Shown here piece after piece: positions 45,604-55,843 of a stretch of 64,000 nt of DNA. A program made the position numbers and the translations under genes. The stretch is from a virus. The stretch is taken from positions 1 to 64,000 of IMG/VR virus record IMGVR_UViG_3300021963_005690; one strand, given 5' to 3'. The notes beneath the pieces are model-generated. The model saw only the letters and a list, made by a program, of their open reading frames with translations. It was not told the DNA's origin and did not search any database. The stretch's first letter is position 1. Every line of letters begins with the position of its first letter.

Positions 45604-46067
45604 TATACTGCTCCCTTTGTTAGTTCATCAAGTTTAACTTGATATGCTTCAGCATGGCGCTTCTCTACTTTAGCAAGAGCCGCAAAACGCTTTTCAGCTT
45701 TCTTTAGTATTTCTTGAAACTCACTAGCATGACGCTGTGATTCTTCAATTTGATGTTGTGCTTCTTTTGCCGCAAGTAAATTGCCTTCAAATTCTGCAAT
45801 CTCACGAAACTCAGGATACATAACTTGAAATTCATAAGTTTCACCTTCAATTGCCATCTCTAAACATTGTTTAGTATCTGGCTTCTTAATAAGCAATTCT
45901 AAATGACCCCAGGCATGTAGTAGCTCTTGGTCTGCTGTATGCTCAAAATGTTTTGCAATATCCTCATATCCTTCAGCACGTGCTATTTTTGCAAAATATT
46001 TATATTTTACATGTGCTTGGCTTTCACCGGCTAGTGCCCCTTGTAGGCTAGTTATAGTTTCTGACAT
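45603..46067 (-). CDS. rubrerythrin
   Basis: AGESQA..Y..FA..A..EG, E..HA, GE.YE..MYPEF, E..H. Confidence 0.9.
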   Translation of the reverse strand: MSETITSLQGALAGESQAHVKYKYFAKIARAEGYEDIAKHFEHTADQELLHAWGHLELLIKKPDTKQCLEMAIEGETYEFQVMYPEFREIAEFEGNLLAAKEAQHQIEESQRHASEFQEILKKAEKRFAALAKVEKRHAEAYQVKLDELTKGAV

Positions 46068-46088
46068 AGTTTCTCCTTTGTGTGTAAA

Positions 46089-46391
46089 TCATTCATCAGT
46101 GGGTTTTAATCCATTACTGTGTTTATCTGTTGTTTTTTCAATATCCTGAAATAAACGTTTCTCTTGTGCTGTTAGTTTATCTTTATGTGACCTGCGTGGG
46201 TTACCACATATATAACATTCTTTATTACCACAATCCATAACATGATGTTTTGCTAAACGGTGTGGTTCTTTTATTGCTTTATCTTTATGTGTTAACCCAT
46301 GTGCTTTTGCTATCTTAACTTGTTTCTTAACTGCTGTTTCATCCCGATGACGGCGTTGTGAGTTTAAAAATTTTGCTAATTCATTGGCCAT
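46089..46391 (-). CDS. hypothetical protein
   Basis: CG...C..CGNPR motif. Confidence 0.6.
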   Translation of the reverse strand: MANELAKFLNSQRRHRDETAVKKQVKIAKAHGLTHKDKAIKEPHRLAKHHVMDCGNKECYICGNPRRSHKDKLTAQEKRLFQDIEKTTDKHSNGLKPTDE

Positions 46392-46770
46392 TATATTTCT
46401 TTCTATAATCTTCTACTGCGGCTTTGATGGCGTCTTCGGCGAGGATACTGCAGTGGATTTTGACTGGGGGGAGGGCAAGTTCGTCTGCGATCTGGGAGTT
46501 TTTAATGGATGAAGCTTCATCCAATGTTTTACCTTTGACCCAGTCTGTGACAAGACTTGAAGAAGCAATTGCCGACCCACACCCATATGTTTTAAATTTG
46601 GCATCTGTTATTATTCCTGTTTCTTTATTTACTTTAATCTGTAACTTCATTACATCCCCGCATGCAGGGGCTCCTACCATACCTGTACCTACATCATCCT
46701 CATCTTTACTAAAACTTCCCACATTTCTTGGGTTTTCGTAATGGTCTATCAACTGCGGCGAATAACTCAT
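46381..46770 (-). CDS. iscU: Fe-S cluster scaffold IscU
   Basis: DHYENPRNVG, GAPACGDVM, FKTYGCGSAIASSS, LPPVKIHCS. Confidence 0.96.
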   Translation of the reverse strand: MSYSPQLIDHYENPRNVGSFSKDEDDVGTGMVGAPACGDVMKLQIKVNKETGIITDAKFKTYGCGSAIASSSLVTDWVKGKTLDEASSIKNSQIADELALPPVKIHCSILAEDAIKAAVEDYRKKYNGQ

Positions 46771-47398
46771 ATAATTTCTCCAATGTTATGGAACATTTAG
46801 TCCCTTTTCTTACATTATCAGTACTCAATAAAAATTCTAAATTATATACACTACCAATAATATTGGGAGAAACTTTGTTTTTAAATCCTTCTGATATACT
46901 ATATTTATGATCCAAATGATACTCAGTTTTGCTTCTTTTATCAAAGTTTGCTAACATAGTTAAATCGTTTTTTGAAGTCCAATAATAAACTTTTCTACGA
47001 TACTTTTTAAATTCTAAATATTCAGGATCATCTGGTTTCCACCAAAGACCTTTAGCAATACAGGTATCCTTACGTTTTTGTATAGACTGCTCAGTTACTA
47101 TTTTGCCAGTTAGTGTATTAGATCGTTTTTTGTTTGACTCTACTGATTGCTGTTTTCCGGTCCATGCACTTCTAGTTAGATTAGCAAGGCTATTACTATT
47201 AGTCTGTCTTACTCCAAACATTGGATTGTTTTCTCCTTGTTTAGCTATACTATTCTTTTCTTTCCAGGATTCAGTACGATTATTTGCTGCCCATCGTCTA
47301 GAACAAATTGGTCCACAAAACCTTCTTTTTAAATTTTTTTGATGTAGATTGGGTAATGTAAATTTGATATTACAATGTTCGCAAATTTTAGTTAGCAT
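46709..47398 (-). CDS. homing endonuclease (NUMOD3-like plus HNH-like)
   Basis: GENNPMFG, YHLDH.YS...NL....N..KG. Confidence 0.75.
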   Translation of the reverse strand: MLTKICEHCNIKFTLPNLHQKNLKRRFCGPICSRRWAANNRTESWKEKNSIAKQGENNPMFGVRQTNSNSLANLTRSAWTGKQQSVESNKKRSNTLTGKIVTEQSIQKRKDTCIAKGLWWKPDDPEYLEFKKYRRKVYYWTSKNDLTMLANFDKRSKTEYHLDHKYSISEGFKNKVSPNIIGSVYNLEFLLSTDNVRKGTKCSITLEKLYELFAAVDRPLRKPKKCGKF

Positions 47399-47580
47399 AA
47401 TAGGACTTTCGTTGTGTTCTATTATTTAGTCCTTTATTAATCTTTTTTGAACATAGTCAAAATTTTTGCTTGTATATTCTTTGCAAACTGAGGCTGTGGG
47501 AAATTCCAACCAATAAATGCACCTAGTGCTAACCAAAATAATGTTTCTAACATAATGAGTTCTCCTTGTATGTACTGTAT

Positions 47581-48150
47581 TTAGTGTTCATCAGTATTGT
47601 CTATTACTATCCAACCTAATTTCAACAAATCTTCTCTTATCTCATCAGTTACTACACTTTCAGGTACAAACTTCTTACTTTGTATATAGTATTCTTGTTG
47701 TTCTTTTGTAAGGGCACGAAATTCATCATCATCTAATATCTTACTATCTCTGATACCACTACAATACCAATCAATGTAATCGCCCTTCTCTTGCATATCA
47801 GCAATGATACCACCAGCATGTCTCCAACTACAACTCCACTTTTTCTCAGTTAAGATTGGCCATACATCATTCTTAGTAAAATCATTGTTACACATAGAGG
47901 CATACAAATTTTGTGCATATACTTCATCACCTTTAACTTTGTCAATGATCCATTGCGTACTACGTAGGTCATACTCCATGTTATCTTTTTTCCACTCATC
48001 AGTTTCTTCAAGTTCAAGAGTTTGCTGGTGCCATTCCTCATAGAATTTAATCATTTCTTGTGCTAATTCGGGTGTTTTGGTGCCCTCTTCAACACGCTTT
48101 AATTGAGATTTAATTTGAAATGTACCTTTTTCTGGACTTTTATTTATCAT
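47581..48150 (-). CDS. conserved hypothetical phage protein
   Basis: YAQNLYA.MCNN.F...SWR.AGGI.A...GDY.DWYCSG. Confidence 0.65.
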   Translation of the reverse strand: MINKSPEKGTFQIKSQLKRVEEGTKTPELAQEMIKFYEEWHQQTLELEETDEWKKDNMEYDLRSTQWIIDKVKGDEVYAQNLYASMCNNDFTKNDVWPILTEKKWSCSWRHAGGIIADMQEKGDYIDWYCSGIRDSKILDDDEFRALTKEQQEYYIQSKKFVPESVVTDEIREDLLKLGWIVIDNTDEH

Positions 48151-48616
48151 CTTCTACCTCTATCCAAGTGTGATCACCTAACCATTTAACTTTACATATA
48201 TATTCGTAATCAACTGGTTTACCAGCAGACCAATCATTGGGTCCATGAATACTTAATCTAGTAAACTGTTTACGTGTATCAAACAACAACCAATATATAT
48301 TACCATTTGCTAATTGAAAGTCGTATTTTGCGGCATGAACCATATCAGTTAAATCTAATCTATGTTTAATCTGTTCTGCTTGTTTTTGTAACACATTTAC
48401 CAGTTCCATTATTCTATCATATTCTTGTTTGGCGTGTAATCTAGCAACATTAAGCATAATATCTTTATGCTTTTCAACAGGAACTAAATCAAACTTAGGT
48501 CCACTACTTTCTGTAGCATAAGGTGTTACATTACGGTTAAAGAAATGAATTAGTGAACCTGTACCAGTAGAATCATAACTACTGACACCATTAGCTGAAT
48601 TTGGTTTGTCACTCAT
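48140..48616 (-). CDS. DUF2452-like protein
   Basis: PY.T...GPKF, coiled coil, Y.LY...LS...P..W, D.TW. Confidence 0.55.
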   Translation of the reverse strand: MSDKPNSANGVSSYDSTGTGSLIHFFNRNVTPYATESSGPKFDLVPVEKHKDIMLNVARLHAKQEYDRIMELVNVLQKQAEQIKHRLDLTDMVHAAKYDFQLANGNIYWLLFDTRKQFTRLSIHGPNDWSAGKPVDYEYICKVKWLGDHTWIEVEDDK

Positions 48617-48622
48617 TAGCTA

Positions 48623-49219
48623 TTATATATCATTTTCTGATTTAACTATAATCTTTTGGGTAGGCTTTTTAGCCTTACTGTAGAATATATGATTGCCAAT
48701 TTTTGCTACTTGTTTATAAGGCCACAATGGGTCTACACTTAAATTGTGAAAAAATAGTGTTGATTTTGGTACTACATCAGTATATGCATCATGTGCTAAT
48801 ACATCGTATGCTACTTGTTCTGCTTGTTTATATCTTGTGCTGTTTTTATTTGGCTCACCTTTCCCCTCACATACCCAACTAAACTGACATAGTTTTACCT
48901 TTTGCATTTCATCGTCTATTAGTCTATCTACATGTGATGCTTGATATATTACAGCGCATGGATCTTTGCCAAAGCCATGTGCTATTCTATTCATTACAAC
49001 ACGTGCTACTGCCGCTTGCCCATTTAATGATTCACTACCTGCTTCATAAAATATATTCTTAGCCATACATGTTAATTGATTTGGATCTACTGCTTTTGCA
49101 ATTTTAGTTTCTGCTATTATTAAATTAGTTTCTACTACATTTGTCATTTGGTCAATTATAAAAACAATTGTTAAAAACAATAATGCTATTAAAATTTTAA
49201 TAGGTTGGCTTAAATTCAT
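48623..49219 (-). CDS. SleB-like cell wall hydrolase
   Basis: CMA.NI.YEA, AVA.VV.NR, CQFSW, IGNHIFY. Confidence 0.88.
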   Translation of the reverse strand: MNLSQPIKILIALLFLTIVFIIDQMTNVVETNLIIAETKIAKAVDPNQLTCMAKNIFYEAGSESLNGQAAVARVVMNRIAHGFGKDPCAVIYQASHVDRLIDDEMQKVKLCQFSWVCEGKGEPNKNSTRYKQAEQVAYDVLAHDAYTDVVPKSTLFFHNLSVDPLWPYKQVAKIGNHIFYSKAKKPTQKIIVKSENDI

Positions 49220-49255
49220 AATTTATCCTTTCTGCTTATTTCTAAGCTATGGAAT

Positions 49256-50773
49256 TTAAATGTTATCCCAACAATCGCAATTGCAACGAATTACTTCGTC
49301 TATTGCTTCTTGTACAGAATAAGTTGCAGGTAATAATATGTCAGATGCATATATTACTGATAGCTGAGGTGGTATTAAATTACTATATCTTGATCCTGCA
49401 AAACTACCCGGCTCAACTGCTTCACCTATATCTATTGCAACACCATCACTATAATAACGGTCATCAACTGGATCATAATATCCAAAAGGTACGGGTGATC
49501 CAATTTCAGTTGCTAATGTTGCAGGTACACTGCCGCCTAATATTCCATTAGCAATTAACTCTGATTCTTGTTGTTTAGTTAATTTGTTAGCTATGTTGTT
49601 ATCTACCGGTATACCGGCTTCTTGCAATCTAGCTTGATTACGAGATTCACGTAACATTGCTACTATACTTCTTCCGCCAACAGTATTATAATTAGCAATA
49701 GCTTCTAAGGTTTGTGAATACATATGCGGTTGAGTAAATGTAGCATATCGTGGTATACTATCTACAAAAGCATATTGTGTACTAGGAAATGCCGCTATCG
49801 TTGGTTCTCTTAAATAGCTTGGTGAACTGTTAGGTACACCTATTGTCATACCTGTGGCAATTGCACGTTGTTCTACTGATAATAATGTTCCAGTAAGTTC
49901 CCAATTAGTAATTAACTGTTGTGCTAAAGCCGGCTGACTATTTTTAATTGATAGTATCTCAGCGTTGGCAGCATCAATATAACTTTGAATAACTGTATTC
50001 ATGGTTGGCCAACCACCACCGGGAGGAGGATTTATTACTACAGTACCGGCTGCACCTGAATAACTAATAGATATAATCCTACCATATGTAGTTATATCCG
50101 TAGAATCAGTACCTATTATAGCAGTTGCTGGATTACCACCTACAGTTACGGTGGGTGCGCTTGCATATCCACCACCTTTATTAGTGTAAGTAAAAGATGT
50201 ACCATTCCATGTAGCAGTAGCCTGTTCCCATGTAACTGCTAGATATATATTTTTATAAATGTCAGACAGTGTAGTTGTTTGTACGTTCTTTATTAAACCG
50301 TCGATATCTATACCAAGATAAGGTAATCCACTCATACATCCTAAGAAATTACTCATTGTGTACGTACCATATGGACCATTACCTAATGCAATTAAGGCTA
50401 ATCCTTGAGTTGCTAATGTAGTATCAGTTGGCACACTAGTACCATTCACATTTAAGTTTTTATTTGTTTCTAAACTATTAACTACTTGTGCAAACTTTTC
50501 AATAGGCACACTAGAAATGTTTTTAATCTGTTGCATTGATACACTAAATGATCCAGCCGCTTTAGCAATATCAGGTGGCAATATACCATCTAAATATGCA
50601 CCAAACCCTTGTGGTATGGCTTGTACAGTTAATGGATTAGGTTGTGTAATCTGTTCTGTACTAGATTGAGCAACATTTGTACTAGCTGTGGTAGTTTCAT
50701 ACGCATTGCTAGCAGGTGCATCCATGTCATTACGTTCTGAAGTTAATCTAAGATTTTGAAAAATGCCGGCCAT
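49256..50773 (-). CDS. putative virion structural protein
   Basis: 505 aa next to PAAR gene. Confidence 0.5.
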   Translation of the reverse strand: MAGIFQNLRLTSERNDMDAPASNAYETTTASTNVAQSSTEQITQPNPLTVQAIPQGFGAYLDGILPPDIAKAAGSFSVSMQQIKNISSVPIEKFAQVVNSLETNKNLNVNGTSVPTDTTLATQGLALIALGNGPYGTYTMSNFLGCMSGLPYLGIDIDGLIKNVQTTTLSDIYKNIYLAVTWEQATATWNGTSFTYTNKGGGYASAPTVTVGGNPATAIIGTDSTDITTYGRIISISYSGAAGTVVINPPPGGGWPTMNTVIQSYIDAANAEILSIKNSQPALAQQLITNWELTGTLLSVEQRAIATGMTIGVPNSSPSYLREPTIAAFPSTQYAFVDSIPRYATFTQPHMYSQTLEAIANYNTVGGRSIVAMLRESRNQARLQEAGIPVDNNIANKLTKQQESELIANGILGGSVPATLATEIGSPVPFGYYDPVDDRYYSDGVAIDIGEAVEPGSFAGSRYSNLIPPQLSVIYASDILLPATYSVQEAIDEVIRCNCDCWDNI

Positions 50774-51861
50774 TAAATTACTACTCCATTTTGTTGTACT
50801 GCTGTAGGTGATCTTAGCTGACTATTCAATCCATCATTAACATATATAGGATAATATATTTTACTATTAGCAGGTCCACCAATTGTATTATACACTGGAA
50901 CTGTTAATGTTGCATAGCTATTAGGAAATAACTTTAATGGATTTAATAAATCTGCTAATGATTCTAAACCAACTGTCTTACAATTTAATGATACTAATAT
51001 ATCTTTTAAATCTTGTCCTAAAATAATACCAAATGCTCCGTATATCTTACGTTCTTGTTCTTTGGTTACAGATGAAATATTACCTAATATCTGTTCTAAC
51101 TCTGATACCGTTATATTGCTTGCAATTAGTGCAAGACTTACTGATTTAGTAATAGCATTATTTTTCTGTAGAGTAAATAATAGATTACTAGGCAAACCAA
51201 ATGTAGCAATTGTTTGTAAATTTATTGCTTTTCCACTGGCAATTAAATCTTGACCAAATATAGTAGTTGCTACACTAACACCAGTAATATCACCCGTAGT
51301 TAAATCGTCCATATTACTATATGTACCATCTAAAAATTCTTGTGAATTGTTTACTGCTAGTATAGCATCATTACTAGATTCAATAAAACTGCAAGTTGAC
51401 ATAAAGCCAGATAAGAAATCTTTATATGCTCCGGCATCGGCTGATAAACCGCTATTGTAATTAAATTCGTTATAACCCTGTAATGCAAACAATCTCACAT
51501 AACCCCAACGTGTTACTTCATTAGTATATGTGTAATTGCTAGCCCAATTGGGATATCCACTCCAATTAAATGTTGATGGTGGACTATTACCTAATGCAGG
51601 TATAGTAGTAGAACCAATGGATATTAAATTGTTATAGGTTGTACTATTAACTTGTCCTCTACTATACGCATCATTGATTGAATATGTTAGTAATCGTAAA
51701 CAAGTGTCATTAACAATTTTACCTAATTGTGTAGCAGATGACACACTGGTACTAGAACCAGTAAAGTCTATCATAATAGGGTTAATATTAAATCCAATAT
51801 TTTGTAATAGTGAACTTAATGTATTAACACCTAATGGGCTTTGTTTTCCTGTATCACTCAT
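50773..51861 (-). CDS. putative virion structural protein
   Basis: 362 aa, coupled to PAAR gene. Confidence 0.5.
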   Translation of the reverse strand: MSDTGKQSPLGVNTLSSLLQNIGFNINPIMIDFTGSSTSVSSATQLGKIVNDTCLRLLTYSINDAYSRGQVNSTTYNNLISIGSTTIPALGNSPPSTFNWSGYPNWASNYTYTNEVTRWGYVRLFALQGYNEFNYNSGLSADAGAYKDFLSGFMSTCSFIESSNDAILAVNNSQEFLDGTYSNMDDLTTGDITGVSVATTIFGQDLIASGKAINLQTIATFGLPSNLLFTLQKNNAITKSVSLALIASNITVSELEQILGNISSVTKEQERKIYGAFGIILGQDLKDILVSLNCKTVGLESLADLLNPLKLFPNSYATLTVPVYNTIGGPANSKIYYPIYVNDGLNSQLRSPTAVQQNGVVI

Positions 51862-52142
51862 GGGACAAACACATCAGGACTACCTTGTACGATACTATGA
51901 CCGCAAGTGTTTCCTGATCCTACTCTAAGTACTGGTACCCCCTCACAAAAAACAGTTGGACTACCATCAGTAGTTGTTGCTGCCTTATGCGGCGGATGTC
52001 CTTTTCTACTCCATGGCGCGTGTGGTGTAATCTGACTAACATGTAATCCAACTTGAATTCCATTTGCAAATACAGTGCTAGCACCACGAATTATAGTGCC
52101 ACCCTCTTGATTTGCATCTCCCACACGACTTAATTTTGCCAT
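51858..52142 (-). CDS. PAAR-repeat spike tip protein
   Basis: R.GD, G..TVF.NG, GSPTVF.EG.P..RVG...CGH...GSPDVF. Confidence 0.85.
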   Translation of the reverse strand: MAKLSRVGDANQEGGTIIRGASTVFANGIQVGLHVSQITPHAPWSRKGHPPHKAATTTDGSPTVFCEGVPVLRVGSGNTCGHSIVQGSPDVFVP

Positions 52143-52143
52143 T

Positions 52144-52449
52144 TTATCCCAATACGATTTTTTTACTAGGTACTTTAATACCAGTTGTTGCTTCTAGGTA
52201 CTTATCTTTAATACTATCATCTGTTTCTGCATACATTGCAACATTAGTAGTATTTAGCTTAAATTCACCCTTCGGATTTGCAGTGAAAATGCTTGGAATC
52301 ATTTGCATACCCTGTTGTGATGGGGCAATAGATACTGGTTCTTCAATAGTGATGAACCCATTTTCATCGGATACACTAGTCACTTTAGCTATTAACTCTT
52401 CTCCACTATTCATTTTTATTGTCATGACCGACCCTGTTATAAATTTCAT
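52144..52449 (-). CDS. Sm-like-fold hypothetical phage protein
   Basis: K..SGEE.IA.V ... Y...T.GI pattern; start moved to MKFITG. Confidence 0.55.
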   Translation of the reverse strand: MKFITGSVMTIKMNSGEELIAKVTSVSDENGFITIEEPVSIAPSQQGMQMIPSIFTANPKGEFKLNTTNVAMYAETDDSIKDKYLEATTGIKVPSKKIVLG

Positions 52450-52463
52450 TTTTATCCTTTGTG

Positions 52464-52471
52464 TATAAATA
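52464..52471 (+). promoter_or_regulatory. T4-type late promoter
   Basis: TATAAATA. Confidence 0.7.
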
Positions 52472-52531
52472 ATAGTGTAGTTCGCGGAATTAGAGTTCCC
52501 AACTACTCTAACGCTATGGAGAGCAATCAGC

Positions 52532-53116
52532 ATGAGTATTTATTCACTATATATCAAGACCCATAAAAAGACAGGTCTTAAATATTTCGGTTACACTAAA
52601 CAAAATCCTCACCTATATCCAGGATCAGGTACTGACTGGAAAATTCATTTAAAGAAACATGGTTATGAAGTCCATACTGAAGTTTTATTACAAACTACCG
52701 ATAAGGCTGAAATAGTAAGTTGGGGAATATTATATAGTTCTAAATGGAATATAGTAAACGCACAAGATGATTTTGGTAATAAAATTTGGGCCAACAAGAT
52801 ACCGGAAACAGGTTCCGGGGCAGGTAGAAAGATTGGATCAATTATGCGGTCAGAATCAAAGGAATTGATTAGAGCTAAAGCAATTGGTAGAAAACAATCC
52901 AATGCATGTGTTGAAAAGAGAAGATTAAAAATGTTAGGCAAGACTGTATGGAATAAAGGCAAGTCAGGATATAAACTACCACAGTGTGCTAATAAGGGTG
53001 AAAAGAATCCCATGTACGGAAAATCAGTACCTAAAAAAATATGTCCACATTGCAATAAAGAGGTGGACATAAGGAACTTTGCTAGATCACATGGTAATAA
53101 GTGCAAGTTTAAATAA
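52532..53116 (+). CDS. GIY-YIG-like homing endonuclease with NUMOD3 repeats
   Basis: LYIKTH..TGLKY.G.T...Y.GSG, WAN..PETG, KNPMYG, CPHC. Confidence 0.8.
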   Translation: MSIYSLYIKTHKKTGLKYFGYTKQNPHLYPGSGTDWKIHLKKHGYEVHTEVLLQTTDKAEIVSWGILYSSKWNIVNAQDDFGNKIWANKIPETGSGAGRKIGSIMRSESKELIRAKAIGRKQSNACVEKRRLKMLGKTVWNKGKSGYKLPQCANKGEKNPMYGKSVPKKICPHCNKEVDIRNFARSHGNKCKFK

Positions 53117-53347
53117 CTACGTTGCCTTTGTTAAAAATTGTTTAAGTTCATTAAATCCACCAATCAATTCACCATCTAAAATGATTTGGGGTACTGTTCT
53201 TGCTGACGGGATTGCTTCTAGCAATTCTTCTTTGGTATATCCGTCTCCAATTTTCTTTTCTTCAAACGGAATACCCTTTTGATGTAACAAGGCTTTTGCT
53301 TGGTCACAGTAGGGACAATGGTACTTCGACCAAATAACTGCTTTCAT
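53117..53347 (-). CDS. glutaredoxin
   Basis: CPYC, TVPQI, IGGF. Confidence 0.95.
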   Translation of the reverse strand: MKAVIWSKYHCPYCDQAKALLHQKGIPFEEKKIGDGYTKEELLEAIPSARTVPQIILDGELIGGFNELKQFLTKAT

Positions 53348-53359
53348 TTTTTATTCTCC

Positions 53360-54460
53360 TTAAATATTTGGTAAATCATCATAGTTTAATGATTCTGACA
53401 TTACGCCTATAACGTAATTTGTTGATTCAGTTTCCTGCAATGCAGATTGTTTCTTACTGGTATCACTATGTTTAGTGAACCAGGGGATAGGTGTACTCTT
53501 TGGGGCAGGATTGTTATATCTTATTCCAATTTCTTTCAATGCACCTACAGCAGTATAATCAACAAAGTCTTTTAATACTGCGGCATTTAATCCAATAACC
53601 GGACCCATCTTAAACAAATAATCTGCCCAATCTTTTTCTTCTTTAATCACATCCATATAAAGTTGATAGACTTCACTTTCACACTCTGATTTAACTTGTG
53701 CAAAACGACTATCTTCTTTAACTACTTGATTGATAAGGTAGGCAGTCCAGCCTTTATGTAACAATTCATCTTGGAGAATTAAACTGATAATGTTGCCATT
53801 ACCAATAAAGATTTTGTTTTCAACCATTGCTAACGATGTAGCAAATGATACCATAAATCTAAATGCTTCTAATGCGTAACTGGCATGTAGTGCCATATAA
53901 ATTGCTTTGATATGTTCTTTTTCATTAACATTTTCATCCAACTCTTTACGACAATTTACTTTGTGTAATTCATCATAATATCTGCCAACACTACTTGCCA
54001 TGTCAACAATCTCTTTTGTGTCATGGATAGTATTGAATACATCTTTAGGTACGTTATAGATATTACGAATGATATGACTATAGCTACGACTATGAATGTT
54101 AGTTTCAAAGAATGACCAATTGTATATCAATGCTTCTAATTCAGGTAAACTTACTACTGGAGTAAACACTTGACTAGGTGCACGTCCTTGTAAACTATCT
54201 AATGCTGTTTGACGCAATAGGTTACTGGTAAAGATATGTTTTACTGCGTCACTTGCATCTTTGAAATCATTGGCATCCTTGGTTAGAGAAATTTCTTCTG
54301 GGACCCAAAAGAAACCACGGGCCGTTGTTTCAAAGTCTGCAATCTTTTTATATTTTACTTCTTCAAATCTTTGAATGGTTACGGGACCTTCCGGATCCAA
54401 AAACATTTTTCTATTCAAATAATCTGTCTTAGTGTGTAGGTTGTATTGTTGTTTACTCAT
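53360..54460 (-). CDS. nrdB: ribonucleotide reductase class Ia beta subunit
   Basis: FFW.PEE, DS.QGR, E.IHS.SY, LEA.RF..SF, DE.LH, QE.E...Y. Confidence 0.95.
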   Translation of the reverse strand: MSKQQYNLHTKTDYLNRKMFLDPEGPVTIQRFEEVKYKKIADFETTARGFFWVPEEISLTKDANDFKDASDAVKHIFTSNLLRQTALDSLQGRAPSQVFTPVVSLPELEALIYNWSFFETNIHSRSYSHIIRNIYNVPKDVFNTIHDTKEIVDMASSVGRYYDELHKVNCRKELDENVNEKEHIKAIYMALHASYALEAFRFMVSFATSLAMVENKIFIGNGNIISLILQDELLHKGWTAYLINQVVKEDSRFAQVKSECESEVYQLYMDVIKEEKDWADYLFKMGPVIGLNAAVLKDFVDYTAVGALKEIGIRYNNPAPKSTPIPWFTKHSDTSKKQSALQETESTNYVIGVMSESLNYDDLPNI

Positions 54461-54492
54461 ATTTTCTTTCTTTTTATTCGTTCATTCGCCAT

Positions 54493-55182
54493 TTATTTTC
54501 TATCACCAAACAGTTGTAATAGATTTATAAACAGATTAATAAAGTCCATATATAGTGTTAATGCACCACGTACTTCTGCAACGTCATTAGCTTGTACACT
54601 TAGTTCTTCACGGATCTTTTGTGTGTCATATGCAGTTAATCCAAGAAAGATGATAATAGCTAATGCACTAATTACCATCTGCATAACTGTACTGCCAATA
54701 AAGATATTAACAATGCTGGCAATGATGATAGCAATCAATCCTACAATCATAAACTTACCAACACTATCTAAACTTTGTTTAGTAAAGTAGCCATAACCAC
54801 TCATAACACCAAATAAGATACCTGCACCCATAAATGCTGACACAATACTACCCATAGTGAATACCGCAAAGATTGTAGCAAAGCTTAATCCCATTAATGC
54901 GGCAAAGCCATGTAAACATAATTGTGCTATACTTTTACTTGGATTGTTAGCTAATACATAGCTAACACCAAAGATAGCTAATAGTGGTGAGAAAATCACA
55001 AGCCACTTTGTCCAGCCTGTAAAAAATAATTGTAGCAACTCTGGGCTAGTGCCTACAAAGTAACTGACAAACATTGATACAATAACAGCAATACTCATAT
55101 GTCCATAGACACGACCCATTGCTGAGTTAATTTCGCTGGCGGAACGATATGATATTCCATTTTGATAAGTTGTTTCAAACAT
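54493..55182 (-). CDS. Bax inhibitor-1/YccA family membrane protein
   Basis: seven TM; AYDTQ and AL.LY.DFINLF; start moved to MFETT. Confidence 0.9.
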   Translation of the reverse strand: MFETTYQNGISYRSASEINSAMGRVYGHMSIAVIVSMFVSYFVGTSPELLQLFFTGWTKWLVIFSPLLAIFGVSYVLANNPSKSIAQLCLHGFAALMGLSFATIFAVFTMGSIVSAFMGAGILFGVMSGYGYFTKQSLDSVGKFMIVGLIAIIIASIVNIFIGSTVMQMVISALAIIIFLGLTAYDTQKIREELSVQANDVAEVRGALTLYMDFINLFINLLQLFGDRK

Positions 55183-55192
55183 AGTTTTCTCC

Positions 55193-55843
55193 TTAAAATT
55201 TACCTGAAGCAAGTACAATCTTGCAAATGTGTTCTAATCTTTCTATATGCTCGTAAGCACGCCATGGGCTTGTGTCAATGGCAACTACACCGTGTCCTTT
55301 AATGCCTACAATATCATAAGCAATATTGCCGTCTTTATCTAACTGTAAATTCTTATGACACTTATCTGCTAATTCTTGACTGATGGGAGGAACATCACCT
55401 ACATTTGGTGCTACTTTAGTATAACGATTGAGTTCAGGGAATGAATCACATATTGTGTTTAAATCAATACCGGCATGCATTGCCGCAATACAATAAGTAG
55501 GGTGTAAATGAACTACAACTCTTACATCATTGGCGTGTTGTCCTAATTCTCGTTGTAAACCAAAGTGTAGTGGTATTTCTCCACTAGGTTTTAGTTTCTC
55601 ACTAATGTCTGTATATGCCAATTCTTTCCAAGAATAGTATGGTTTAGGAGGTTGGTCATAGTAGCCTTGTTCAATGCCAATCTTCTTAAATTGATCAGGT
55701 TGCATTGTCTGCTTACGCACACCACTGGGTGTGATGTAAAAATGGTCACGGTCATGATGGCGAATACTTACATTGCCGTCACGACTAGTAATCCAATTAC
55801 GCTTATAAGCGTCTACCATAATATCACAAATTGTTTCTAACAT
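55193..55843 (-). CDS. class II aldolase/adducin family protein
   Basis: GNVS.R, ITPSG, PSGE..LH, VVHLHP, GHG; start moved to MLETI. Confidence 0.85.
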   Translation of the reverse strand: MLETICDIMVDAYKRNWITSRDGNVSIRHHDRDHFYITPSGVRKQTMQPDQFKKIGIEQGYYDQPPKPYYSWKELAYTDISEKLKPSGEIPLHFGLQRELGQHANDVRVVVHLHPTYCIAAMHAGIDLNTICDSFPELNRYTKVAPNVGDVPPISQELADKCHKNLQLDKDGNIAYDIVGIKGHGVVAIDTSPWRAYEHIERLEHICKIVLASGKF

